Assembly (NCBI GenBank): GCA_020845475.1
Contig: JADLFN010000085.1
Location: 4,913-68,912 of the forward strand
Length of the DNA: 64,000 bases
DNA from: Planctomycetota bacterium
Lineage (GTDB): Bacteria; Planctomycetota; UBA8742; UBA2392
Direction of reading: 5' to 3'
Under the pieces are notes generated by a model. The model had not been told where the DNA came from and ran no database searches. It saw nothing but the letters and a program-made list of their open reading frames with translations. Each line of letters opens with the position of its first letter. Within the stretch, counting starts at the first letter, position 1. This document shows positions 18,605-26,441 of this stretch, one piece after another. The position numbers were made by a program, and so were the translations under genes.

Positions 18605-18688
18605 GTCCGAAAGTCCGGAGTCCGGTCAGTCCGGCGTCGAAATCCCTCCCGGCTGACCTCCGGACCCCGGACTTCCGGACTAACGGAC
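18605..18688. repeat. TCCGGAC-unit inverted-repeat element (family D)
   Basis: The left arm GTCCGAAAGTCCGGAGTCCGGTCAGTCCGG faces the right arm CCGGCTGACCTCCGGACCCCGGACTTCCGGACTAACGGAC. The arms are arrays of ~8-nt units in opposite orientation. Confidence 0.65.
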
Positions 18689-18695
18689 GCCGCAC

Positions 18696-18701
18696 TATAT
18701 T
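18696..18701 (+). promoter_or_regulatory. -10-like box TATATT, 6 nt upstream of ATG 18708 (leaderless candidate)
   Basis: The sequence reads CACTATATTGCCCTCATG, with no Shine-Dalgarno. Confidence 0.35.
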
Positions 18702-18707
18702 GCCCTC

Positions 18708-19409
18708 ATGCCGCCCAAAGACTGTATCGTCAAACCGATCTCCGAAGAGGGTCGCAAGCGCGTCGAAGCCGCGCTCGAGAAATTCGGGATTCTGCTGGTG
18801 CAGGGCCAGTGGGAACTGCCCAGCCTGGCGGACTTGATCGAGGGCGCGCCGGTCACGGCCAGGGGCTTTTCTTACGATTACGCGCCGGCGTGGAACTTGC
18901 GCGATGAACTGGGCGCGCGCGAAGACATCGCGCTGTGCAAGCTGTTTCGCGGCAAGAGCACACTGGTTCACAAGCGGCACTGGCCGATGGTGGATTCCAT
19001 CGCGCGCATTGCGCAGCGCGGCGTCACCGCAGGCCGTGGCGGCGAGCTGGCGCGCGTGATGTATGAGGTAATCAAGGCCAAGCCGGGCATTGTGGGCGAT
19101 CAGCTCAAGAAGCGCCTTGAGCTTTCGGGCAGGGCGGGCAGTGCGAAGTTCCAGCGCGCCAAGGCCGATCTTGAGCAGTGGCTTGCGATCGTAGGCAGCG
19201 AAGCCCCCGGGGGCGAAAGCCGCACACACGATCAGCACTGGCATGTGTGGGCCGAGGGCAAAATCGCCAAGGGTGTCGCGCAACAGGACGCGGAGCCAAC
19301 GCTGCTCGCGGCCGCCGACGCGCTGATGAAAGCAACGTTCCCCGATGGCCTGCCGCCCGAAATGCCGCCGATGAAGAAACTGTACCCGGCGCTGGCGTTG
19401 CTGGGCTGA
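18708..19409 (+). CDS. hypothetical protein
   Basis: 233-aa ORF whose stop overlaps the next ATG (TGATG). No family recognised with confidence. Confidence 0.5.
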   Translation: MPPKDCIVKPISEEGRKRVEAALEKFGILLVQGQWELPSLADLIEGAPVTARGFSYDYAPAWNLRDELGAREDIALCKLFRGKSTLVHKRHWPMVDSIARIAQRGVTAGRGGELARVMYEVIKAKPGIVGDQLKKRLELSGRAGSAKFQRAKADLEQWLAIVGSEAPGGESRTHDQHWHVWAEGKIAKGVAQQDAEPTLLAAADALMKATFPDGLPPEMPPMKKLYPALALLG

Positions 19410-19912
19410 TGGAACCTCGCCTGACTACGCAGGATCTGATCCTCTGCGCGTGCAGCGCCGAGGTCGCGCGCGCGCTTGGCGTTGACCGCGCACGGGCCTC
19501 TCAGCTGTGCGGCTGGGCTCTGCACGAGGCGTGGCCCGATGCCGACTTGCCCGGCGTGCTTGAAAGCTACGCAAAACTGATCGATGCCTACCCCGACAAG
19601 ATCGGCTGGGGCGTGTGGCTGTTCGTGCGCGAGGGCGTCGTGATCGGCGATGGCGGCTTTCACGGCCCGCCCAAGGATGGCCGCGTGCAGATTGGCTATT
19701 CGATCGTGCCCCAGCTCCAAAGGCGCGGCTACGCTACTCAAGCCGTCGGGGCGCTTTGCGGCTGGGCCTTTGGGCACGGTGCGCGGTGCGTCAACGCCGA
19801 GTGTGATGCGAGCAACCAGGCTTCGGTGCGGGTGCTGGAAAAATGCGGCCTGAAGAGAATCGGCGGCAACAAAATGCTGTATTGGGCGCTGACCACTCCG
19901 TTGCGCGCTTGA
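19409..19912 (+). CDS. GNAT-family N-acetyltransferase
   Basis: QRRGYATQAVGAL matches the acetyl-CoA motif Q/RxxGxA. The C-terminal NQASVRVLEKCGL is typical of RimJ/RimL-like GNATs. The start ATG overlaps the upstream stop. Confidence 0.8.
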   Translation: MEPRLTTQDLILCACSAEVARALGVDRARASQLCGWALHEAWPDADLPGVLESYAKLIDAYPDKIGWGVWLFVREGVVIGDGGFHGPPKDGRVQIGYSIVPQLQRRGYATQAVGALCGWAFGHGARCVNAECDASNQASVRVLEKCGLKRIGGNKMLYWALTTPLRA

Positions 19913-19949
19913 ATGTTGGATTTTACTTGGCAGTGTTTCGGCCAGCGGC

Positions 19950-21377
19950 ATGACGCCGCAGCGACTGGACGCAGCCATGGGCGAGATGACGCAACTGCTG
20001 CTTCCTGAAGTGAAGGAAGCGCTTCGCAGCGGCGACGACAAGCTGCTGGCCGAATCCGTCAACGCCCTGACCGAAGAACTGCTCGCCGCCGACATAGCGG
20101 ACCTGCTGCTTACGCTTGAACACGACGATGCGGTCAAGCTGTTCAAGGCGCTGATCCCGCGTAAACGCATCCATGCCTTTGAGTTTCTCGGCCTTGAGGA
20201 GCAGGAAAAGCTGGTCGAGAATCTGGGCTCGGAAACGCTGGGCGCGGTGCTAGACGGCATGTCGAGCGACGACCGCGCCGACTTGTTCCGGCATCTGCCC
20301 GAAGCCGCGCGCGAGCGTTTGTATCCCATGCTGGCGCAGGCCGAGCGTAACGACGTCAAGCGGCTGCTGGAGTTTACGGAAGGCACGGCGGGCTCGGTGA
20401 TGAGCACCGAGTATGCGACGATCAAGCCCGAGATGACGGTGAGCGAGGCGCTGGAGCATCTGCGCCATGTCGCGCCGCAGCGCGAGACGATTTACGTGCT
20501 GTTCGTGATCGACGAGCAGCGCCACCTGCTGGGCGTGGTGAGCCTGCGCGAATTAATCACGGCGGTGGTGGGCAGCAAGGTTGCGCAAGTGATGCGCCGC
20601 GAGGTGATTTCGGCTAAAGCTACGGCTGACCGCGAAGAAGTGGCGGCGCTGATTTCAAAGTACGACTTCCTGGCGCTGCCGATTCTGGATGATGAAGGGC
20701 GCATGCTGGGCATCGTCACGCACGACGACGTGATCGACGTGATCAAGGCCGAGGCCACGGAAGACGCGCATAAGGTCGGCGGCGTTGAAGCGCTGGACAT
20801 GCCCTACCTCGAAACGCCCATCTTGACGATGTTCCGCAAGCGCGGCGTGTGGCTGGTGCTGTTGTTCATCGGCCAGATGTTCACGGCCAACGCGATGAGC
20901 CACTTTGAAAAGGAAATCACGGTGGCGCTGGTGCTGGCGCTGTTTGTGCCGATGATTATTTCCAGCGGCGGCAACAGCGGCGGGCAGGCGGCATCGCTGA
21001 TCATCCGCGCGCTGGCGGTGGGCGAAGTAAAAATGTCGGACTGGTGGAAAGTCGTGCGCCGCGAAATCGTGACTGGGCTGATGCTGGGCGCGATGCTGGG
21101 TGTGCTGGGTTTTGGCCAGGTGCTGGTGCGCTCGTGGTTTTCGCCTCAGGAATACCGCGGGCACGGCGTGCTGGTCGCGGCGACGATCACGGTGTCGCTG
21201 GTCGTGATTGTGCTCTGGGGCTCGATCACGGGCTCGATGCTGCCGATCATTCTCAAGCGGCTTGGGCTCGACCCGGCCACGTCATCGACGCCGTTTGTGG
21301 CAACGCTGTGCGACGTGACCGGTATCGTGATTTATTTTGCGATCGCAATCCTGATGCTGCGCGGCGCGCTGCTGTAA
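19950..21377 (+). CDS. mgtE: magnesium transporter MgtE
   Basis: Shows the MgtE architecture: N-domain, CBS pair, then a TM domain. The TM domain carries the IISSGGNSGGQAA signature. Confidence 0.9.
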   Translation: MTPQRLDAAMGEMTQLLLPEVKEALRSGDDKLLAESVNALTEELLAADIADLLLTLEHDDAVKLFKALIPRKRIHAFEFLGLEEQEKLVENLGSETLGAVLDGMSSDDRADLFRHLPEAARERLYPMLAQAERNDVKRLLEFTEGTAGSVMSTEYATIKPEMTVSEALEHLRHVAPQRETIYVLFVIDEQRHLLGVVSLRELITAVVGSKVAQVMRREVISAKATADREEVAALISKYDFLALPILDDEGRMLGIVTHDDVIDVIKAEATEDAHKVGGVEALDMPYLETPILTMFRKRGVWLVLLFIGQMFTANAMSHFEKEITVALVLALFVPMIISSGGNSGGQAASLIIRALAVGEVKMSDWWKVVRREIVTGLMLGAMLGVLGFGQVLVRSWFSPQEYRGHGVLVAATITVSLVVIVLWGSITGSMLPIILKRLGLDPATSSTPFVATLCDVTGIVIYFAIAILMLRGALL

Positions 21378-21384
21378 AAAGTTA

Positions 21385-21404
21385 GGGGCGGCTTGCGCCG
21401 CCCC
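21385..21404. terminator. GC-rich hairpin between convergent mgtE and the surface-protein gene
   Basis: GGGGCGGC-TTGC-GCCGCCCC, flanked by an A-run upstream and a short GTT downstream. It could serve both converging transcripts. Confidence 0.5.
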
Positions 21405-21426
21405 GTTGGGCAATTCTCCTGCCAGA

Positions 21427-23172
21427 TCAGGCATGTCTGCGGCGCAAACGCAACCCAAGCGCCACTGCGCACAGCGCGGCCACTATGCCGCCCCACGCGC
21501 TTCCTTCTCCGGTTGAGCAACTCCCGCCGCCGCTGCTACCACCGCCACCGCCGCCGCCGCCCGTACCGGTTGTTGCGACGCCGTTGACGGTGATGGTGTA
21601 GGTGGCTTCGTTGGGATCGTCGCTCAGGATTGTGATCGTGAAATCAAAGTTGCCCGCAGTAACGGGCGTTACGTCAATCACGAAGGGCGCGTTGTTGCCC
21701 GCGGCAATCGTGGCCGGTGCCGCCGTGGCCACCGTGACCATGCAGTTGGCGCCCGGCGTCGCGCCCGCCGCCGAGATGTTGAGCACCGCGCTGCCGGTGT
21801 TGGCCAGCGTGTAGCTGATCGGCGAGGTAATGCCCGCCGTGAACGTGCCGACCGTGTCGGTGCCGCTGCTGGCGATGGGGGTTGCGCCTCTTGACACGTC
21901 AAGTTCCGGCACGGCGCCTGCGCCCGTACCGGTCACGTTCCAGTTGTACGGATTCTCGCTTGCATCGTCATTGTCGATGCTGATTGAGAATGTGAACGCA
22001 CCCGTTGAAGTCACCGTGAAGGAAACCGTGAACGTCGTTGTGCCCGCCGCGGCCACGGTGCTGGAGGGCTGCGCCGTGACCGTTGCGGAGGTGATATTCG
22101 TGACAGGCGTGACCACGACCAGCGTTGTGCCCGTAAGGTTGAGCGTGGCCGTGCCGCTGTTGGTGATCGTGTAGGTTACGTTCTGGGCCGCGCCGGAGGG
22201 CAAGGAACCCAGCGCGTCAGGGTTGTTGTCGGTGATCGTGACAGCGCCGCGCGTGACGTCCATTTCCGGCGCCGGTGTTACAGCGGTGCCGGACACGATG
22301 ATGTTGTAGGGATTCTCGTCGGCGTCGTTGTTGTCAATGCGAATGCCGAAGCCAAAGGGCCCGGCTGCGCCTGGGGTGCATTGAATCGTGAAGGTTGTGC
22401 TGCCCGCCGCCGCCACGGGCGTGGTCGGCGGGGCGGTAACGCTGGCCGTGCAGTTCGTGACGCTCAGCGAAGGGATGTTGATCGCGGGCGTGCCGGTCAA
22501 ATTCAGCGCGGCACTGCCCGTGTTCAGGATCGTGTAAGTCAGGTTGAATGCCACGCCGATGGACCGGTTGCCAAGCGCATCAGTGTTGCCGTTGGGAATG
22601 GAGGTTGCGCTGCGCTGGACATCGATTTCGCAAAGTGAAGGTGCGACGATCGTCTGCGTATTACCGTTGATAGGCAGTCCGTTGACGACGGCAGCCGTGG
22701 CCGTCATGCCCGTTACGTTGAGCGTGAACGTGCGCCCCACTGTCGAAGTACCCGTGCCGGCAACATCAATAGCCAGCAGATAAACGGCGGCACCGGGCGT
22801 GACTGGAATCTGATTTGAAAGGCTGTTGAACGTGATCGGGAACGTGGTCGAGTTGACCGTGCCCACGATGACGTCCGTGCCGTCCACCGTGGTGTTGATG
22901 GTGACTTCGCGAACGAGGCGGATGCGCACCCAATCTGCGGGTAGCGCCGTTCCGGTGTTTGAAACGGTCAGGCTGGTCAGGTTGGTTGCGCCGCCCGTGA
23001 TAACCGATGCGCCAAAACCCAGCGCAACATAGTCAAGCTGGCCCTGCGAGCAGTTTCCCGCCGGTATCTGGGCGGGCGCACCAGCCTGCACCACCGATTG
23101 CGCTGCTACGCCGGTAGCAAACAAGGACGCCAGTGCCAGACAGATGGCCAAAACAACGCGACTAGTGAACAT
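21427..23172 (-). CDS. cell-surface beta-sandwich repeat protein with C-terminal Cys-containing sorting-like tail
   Basis: Start at MFTSRVVLAICLALASLFATGVAAQ (signal peptide) with a GGGAGGA Shine-Dalgarno. Contains three ~75-aa repeats (LNLTGT...VTNCTASVT...GSTTFT...DNNDADENPYN). Ends in poly-Gly, then SCSTGEGSAW, a TM helix and RLRRRHA. Confidence 0.7.
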   Translation of the reverse strand: MFTSRVVLAICLALASLFATGVAAQSVVQAGAPAQIPAGNCSQGQLDYVALGFGASVITGGATNLTSLTVSNTGTALPADWVRIRLVREVTINTTVDGTDVIVGTVNSTTFPITFNSLSNQIPVTPGAAVYLLAIDVAGTGTSTVGRTFTLNVTGMTATAAVVNGLPINGNTQTIVAPSLCEIDVQRSATSIPNGNTDALGNRSIGVAFNLTYTILNTGSAALNLTGTPAINIPSLSVTNCTASVTAPPTTPVAAAGSTTFTIQCTPGAAGPFGFGIRIDNNDADENPYNIIVSGTAVTPAPEMDVTRGAVTITDNNPDALGSLPSGAAQNVTYTITNSGTATLNLTGTTLVVVTPVTNITSATVTAQPSSTVAAAGTTTFTVSFTVTSTGAFTFSISIDNDDASENPYNWNVTGTGAGAVPELDVSRGATPIASSGTDTVGTFTAGITSPISYTLANTGSAVLNISAAGATPGANCMVTVATAAPATIAAGNNAPFVIDVTPVTAGNFDFTITILSDDPNEATYTITVNGVATTGTGGGGGGGGSSGGGSCSTGEGSAWGGIVAALCAVALGLRLRRRHA

Positions 23173-23225
23173 GTGTTCCTCCCTGAACGTGTACCCGAAA
23201 CTCCAGCCTGCATCCGAATCCGGCG

Positions 23226-26219
23226 CTATAGCATGCGGCGGCGAACCGCCACGCGCAACAGCGCCAGTAACGCCACCAGCATCAGCCAGGACGCGTTTTC
23301 GCCGGTGGTGCATCCGCTTTCGCTGTCCTCGTCATCGCTGGCGCCTGTAGAACCGACGGCCACATTGAAGCTGTTCGAAGTCGCGGTCGTCAACACTGGT
23401 GTGCTCGTGAACGTGAGCGTGTAGCCGCTGCCTTCGAGATCAATCGCGAGATTGCTGAACACGGCCACACCGTTGACTGCCGTGACCGTCATCGTGCCGC
23501 TGAGCGCGGCTCCAGTGGCGCCGGTGCCTGCGGTGATCGCGGCGGTCACTTGCGTTGTGTTGTCGCTGGCCACAATCGTGCCGCCGCTGTCGCGGATTGC
23601 CACCACCGGCTGGGCGCCAAAGGGCAGACCCGGCTGGGCAGCGCCGGGCTGCGTGGAGACTGTGAGCTGCGCGGGCGCGCCGGAAACGCCAAAGGCGTTC
23701 GAGGTCGCGGGCGTAAGCACAGGGTTTGATGTAAACGTGAGCGTGTAGCCGATGCCGACGAGATTGATCGAAAGCCCCGAGAAATTGGCCACGCCATTGA
23801 CCACGGTACGTGTGACGGTGCCGCTCAACACCGCGCCGGCGGTTCCGGTGCCCGCCGTAATTGCGGCAGTAATTTGCGTGCTGTTGTCGGTCGCCAGTAC
23901 CGCGCCTGATAGATCGCGCACCTCAACCACTGGCTGAACAAGGAAAGCCGCGCCTGCGGACGCGCCGCCGGGGTGCGTTGCAACAAACAGCGAAGTTGGC
24001 GTGCCGGTTACGTTGAAGGCCGCGCTTGTCAGAACGGGCAGAACGCCGTCGCTGAACGTGAGCTGATAGCCAATGCCCGTAAGGTTTATCGAGAGATTGG
24101 TGAACGCGGCCAGACCCGCCGTTACGGTCACAACCGTGGTTCCGTTGAGCACGGCACCCGCCGTGCCCGTGCCGGTGGCAATCGCGGCGGTGATCTGCGT
24201 GGTGTTGTCCGTGGTGATGCGATTGCCGCCGGCATCAACGACTTCAACTTGCGGCTGCGTCACAAAGGGCGTGGCCTGCGTTGCGCCGCCGGGTGCAACG
24301 ACGATTTGCAGCGCGATCGGCGCACCCAGGTTCACGTCAAAGGCGGCGCTGGTGTCTGTTGCCAGCGCGCCGCCGTCGAAATCAAGCGTGTAGCCCGTGC
24401 CGACAAGATCGATGCTCAAATCCGTGAACGTCGCGACGCCGCCGGAGGCCGCAACCGACACAGTGCCGGACAAGGTAGCGCCGCCAGTACCGGTGCCGAT
24501 CGTGATCGAAGCTGTGATGAACATGCTGGCCCCGGTCACCAGATTGCCGCCTGCATCCTGAATTTCGACCACGGGCTGGGTGGTGAAAGCCGCGCCGCCC
24601 AGCGCACCCGAGGGATCGGTCGTTACTGCAATCAACGCAGCAGGGCCAACACTCACGTTGAACGGGTTCGAGGCTGCGGGCGTGAGCGCGCCGGAGGTGA
24701 ACGTCACCACGTAACCGCTGCCGGCGAGGTCGATGGCAAGATTGGTGAAGTTCGCCACGCCGCCAACGCACGCAATCATGGTCGTGCCCAGCAGTGTGCC
24801 CGCGGGCCCGGCTGTGATGGCCGCCGTCACGTTGCCCGTGTAGCCCGAGGCCAGCACGTTGCCTGCGTCACGCGCTTCAATCACCGGTTGCGTTCCAAAG
24901 GCGCTGCCGCCGCTCGCACCGCCGGGCTGTGTGGTGACGACGAGTTGCGTGGGGGCGCTCACTGCGGCGTTTCCGCTGATTGTCCAGGTGTAGTTGTTCT
25001 TCGGCGCAGGAGAGTTGTTAGCGATCGCAATCGTGCAACTGAAAGCCCCGGCCGCCGCGGGCGTGACAGTCACAACGAGCGTAGTGCTGCCCGCCGGCGC
25101 AACAGGACTCGTGGGTTGCGTCGTGATGCTGGCGGTGCAGTTGGTCTGCGTGCCGGGAACCGGCACGGGCGTGGTGATCGTCAGATTCTGGTTGCCCGCG
25201 TTGGAGAGCGTGTAAGTAAGCACGTTAGCCGCGCCGGCCACTGCGCCGGCGACGTTGTCGGTGCCGGTGTCGGGCACCGGCGTAGCGCCGCGCGTAACGT
25301 TGAGATCGGCGCCGTTGATGCCTGTGCCGGTGATATTCCAGTTGTAGGGATTCTTGCCCGCGCCGGGATCGTTGCTGGCAAAGGACATCACGGCGGAGTA
25401 GCCGCCCGCGCCGCCGGGCGTGACAGTGACCGTGAACGTCGTGGAGCCGCCGGCGATGATCGATGTGCCCGGCGGGGTGGTCACGCTCGCCGTGCAGTTC
25501 GTCTGCGTGCCCACGACGACCAACGGCGTGCCGGTGAGGTTCAGCGTCGCCTGGCCCACGTTGAAAATCGTGTACGTTACGGGATAGCCCACGCCCACGA
25601 AGTGATTGCCGGTGTTGTCGTTGGTACCCGCGTTATCGGGCACAAAGCTCGCGCCGCGATAGAGCGCCGCCGACGCGCCCGGGGGCGCATTGATCGTGCG
25701 CGTGTTGCCGTTAACCGGCCCGCCGGTCTTGGTCGTGGACGAAACGGTGATGTTCGCCGTCGTGATCTGGAGGACAAACGTGTTGCCAATCGTCGCGTTG
25801 GCGTTGATGTCAACCGCGACCAGATAAGTGCCCGGCGCGCCGGCGCCAAAGAACCCGTCCGAGAACCCGCTGAAACTCAATACGGGCGAAGTGGCCGTGG
25901 CCAACAGGTTGTCGCCCGCGTTGACGGTGCCGCTGCTGTCGTTGTCGCGATAGAGGCGATAGGCCGAGTAATCCGCCGCCACGGCCGTGCCGGTTTGAAC
26001 CAGCGTCAGCGCCGTGAAATTAATCTGCGTGCCACCGGCACCCACGGTGCGCGTCAGGCGAAACTGCACCAGCGGCGAGTTGACGCTGCCGCGCGGCACA
26101 TTGCCCGCCGCCGGGTTGGCCGGGCCCGTTGAAAGCGTCGTTTCAGTCTGGGCGAAAATCGGGCCGCACAACAAAAGCGCGGCCATGACAAACAGCGTCC
26201 GTAAGCTCATCAGGCTCAT
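23226..26219 (-). CDS. large cell-surface repeat protein (adhesin-like) with C-terminal Cys-containing sorting-like tail
   Basis: Start at MSLMSLRTLFVMAALLLCGPIFAQ. The N-terminal domain is shared with 21427..23172. Two NCTAS-type repeats are followed by five ~105-aa tandem repeats. The tail is SGCTTGENASW, a TM helix, then RRRML. Confidence 0.7.
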   Translation of the reverse strand: MSLMSLRTLFVMAALLLCGPIFAQTETTLSTGPANPAAGNVPRGSVNSPLVQFRLTRTVGAGGTQINFTALTLVQTGTAVAADYSAYRLYRDNDSSGTVNAGDNLLATATSPVLSFSGFSDGFFGAGAPGTYLVAVDINANATIGNTFVLQITTANITVSSTTKTGGPVNGNTRTINAPPGASAALYRGASFVPDNAGTNDNTGNHFVGVGYPVTYTIFNVGQATLNLTGTPLVVVGTQTNCTASVTTPPGTSIIAGGSTTFTVTVTPGGAGGYSAVMSFASNDPGAGKNPYNWNITGTGINGADLNVTRGATPVPDTGTDNVAGAVAGAANVLTYTLSNAGNQNLTITTPVPVPGTQTNCTASITTQPTSPVAPAGSTTLVVTVTPAAAGAFSCTIAIANNSPAPKNNYTWTISGNAAVSAPTQLVVTTQPGGASGGSAFGTQPVIEARDAGNVLASGYTGNVTAAITAGPAGTLLGTTMIACVGGVANFTNLAIDLAGSGYVVTFTSGALTPAASNPFNVSVGPAALIAVTTDPSGALGGAAFTTQPVVEIQDAGGNLVTGASMFITASITIGTGTGGATLSGTVSVAASGGVATFTDLSIDLVGTGYTLDFDGGALATDTSAAFDVNLGAPIALQIVVAPGGATQATPFVTQPQVEVVDAGGNRITTDNTTQITAAIATGTGTAGAVLNGTTVVTVTAGLAAFTNLSINLTGIGYQLTFSDGVLPVLTSAAFNVTGTPTSLFVATHPGGASAGAAFLVQPVVEVRDLSGAVLATDNSTQITAAITAGTGTAGAVLSGTVTRTVVNGVANFSGLSINLVGIGYTLTFTSNPVLTPATSNAFGVSGAPAQLTVSTQPGAAQPGLPFGAQPVVAIRDSGGTIVASDNTTQVTAAITAGTGATGAALSGTMTVTAVNGVAVFSNLAIDLEGSGYTLTFTSTPVLTTATSNSFNVAVGSTGASDDEDSESGCTTGENASWLMLVALLALLRVAVRRRML
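23352..24953 (-). repeat. five in-frame tandem ~105-aa coding repeats inside the large surface protein
   Basis: The repeats start at PTQLVVTTQPGG, PAALIAVTTDPSG, APIALQIVVAPGG, TPTSLFVATHPGG and APAQLTVSTQPGA. Each contains QP(V)VE..D..G, AAIT.GTGT.GA.LSGT and GY.L.F. Confidence 0.85.
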
Positions 26220-26441
26220 GGCGTCCTCGGAGGGGAAGGGCGTTACATTTTGCAGGGCCAAAATGGTGCAACGCACAGAATGCACAGGCAATAGAAATCG
26301 CGTTCATGGCCGCGCCGCCGCCGCGTAAAGCTGCTGTAAAACCCGCGCCCGCAAGCACTTTGCGACCATTCTGAGCGGAACTCCCGGACACGATAGGCGT
26401 CCTATTTCCAGTCACTTCGAGACCAAAACAGGGAGAAAATC

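Noticed and set aside
18601-18690. GAAAGTCCGG and GACCTCCGGA strings resembling the RNase P RNA conserved region or the SRP RNA motif
   Set aside because: The intergenic space (156 nt) is too short for RNase P RNA. The surrounding sequence is an array of short inverted repeats, not the expected P4 or domain-IV context. I treat it as a repeat element.
18708-19912. Overlapping (TGATG) gene pair ending in a GNAT as a GNAT-toxin/antitoxin module
   Set aside because: The upstream partner is 233 aa, far larger than RHH/DUF1778-type antitoxins. The GNAT looks RimJ/RimL-like rather than TacT/AtaT-like. There is no supporting evidence beyond the overlap.
19232-20425. 397-aa minus-strand ORF spanning the GNAT and mgtE genes
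   Set aside because: It is Ser/Ala/Arg-rich shadow-frame sequence that crosses two well-supported plus-strand genes and their intergenic gap.
21524-21563. (CCG)n-like tract encoding poly-Gly as a phase-variation switch
   Set aside because: It is a triplet-unit tract inside a coding linker. Slippage would change linker length but not the reading frame, so an on/off switch is unlikely.
23973-26132. 719-aa plus-strand ORF antisense to the large surface-protein gene
   Set aside because: The translation is extremely Arg/Gly/Ala-rich, which is typical of the antisense frame of GC-rich coding DNA. The opposite strand encodes a coherent repeat protein with signal peptide and sorting tail.
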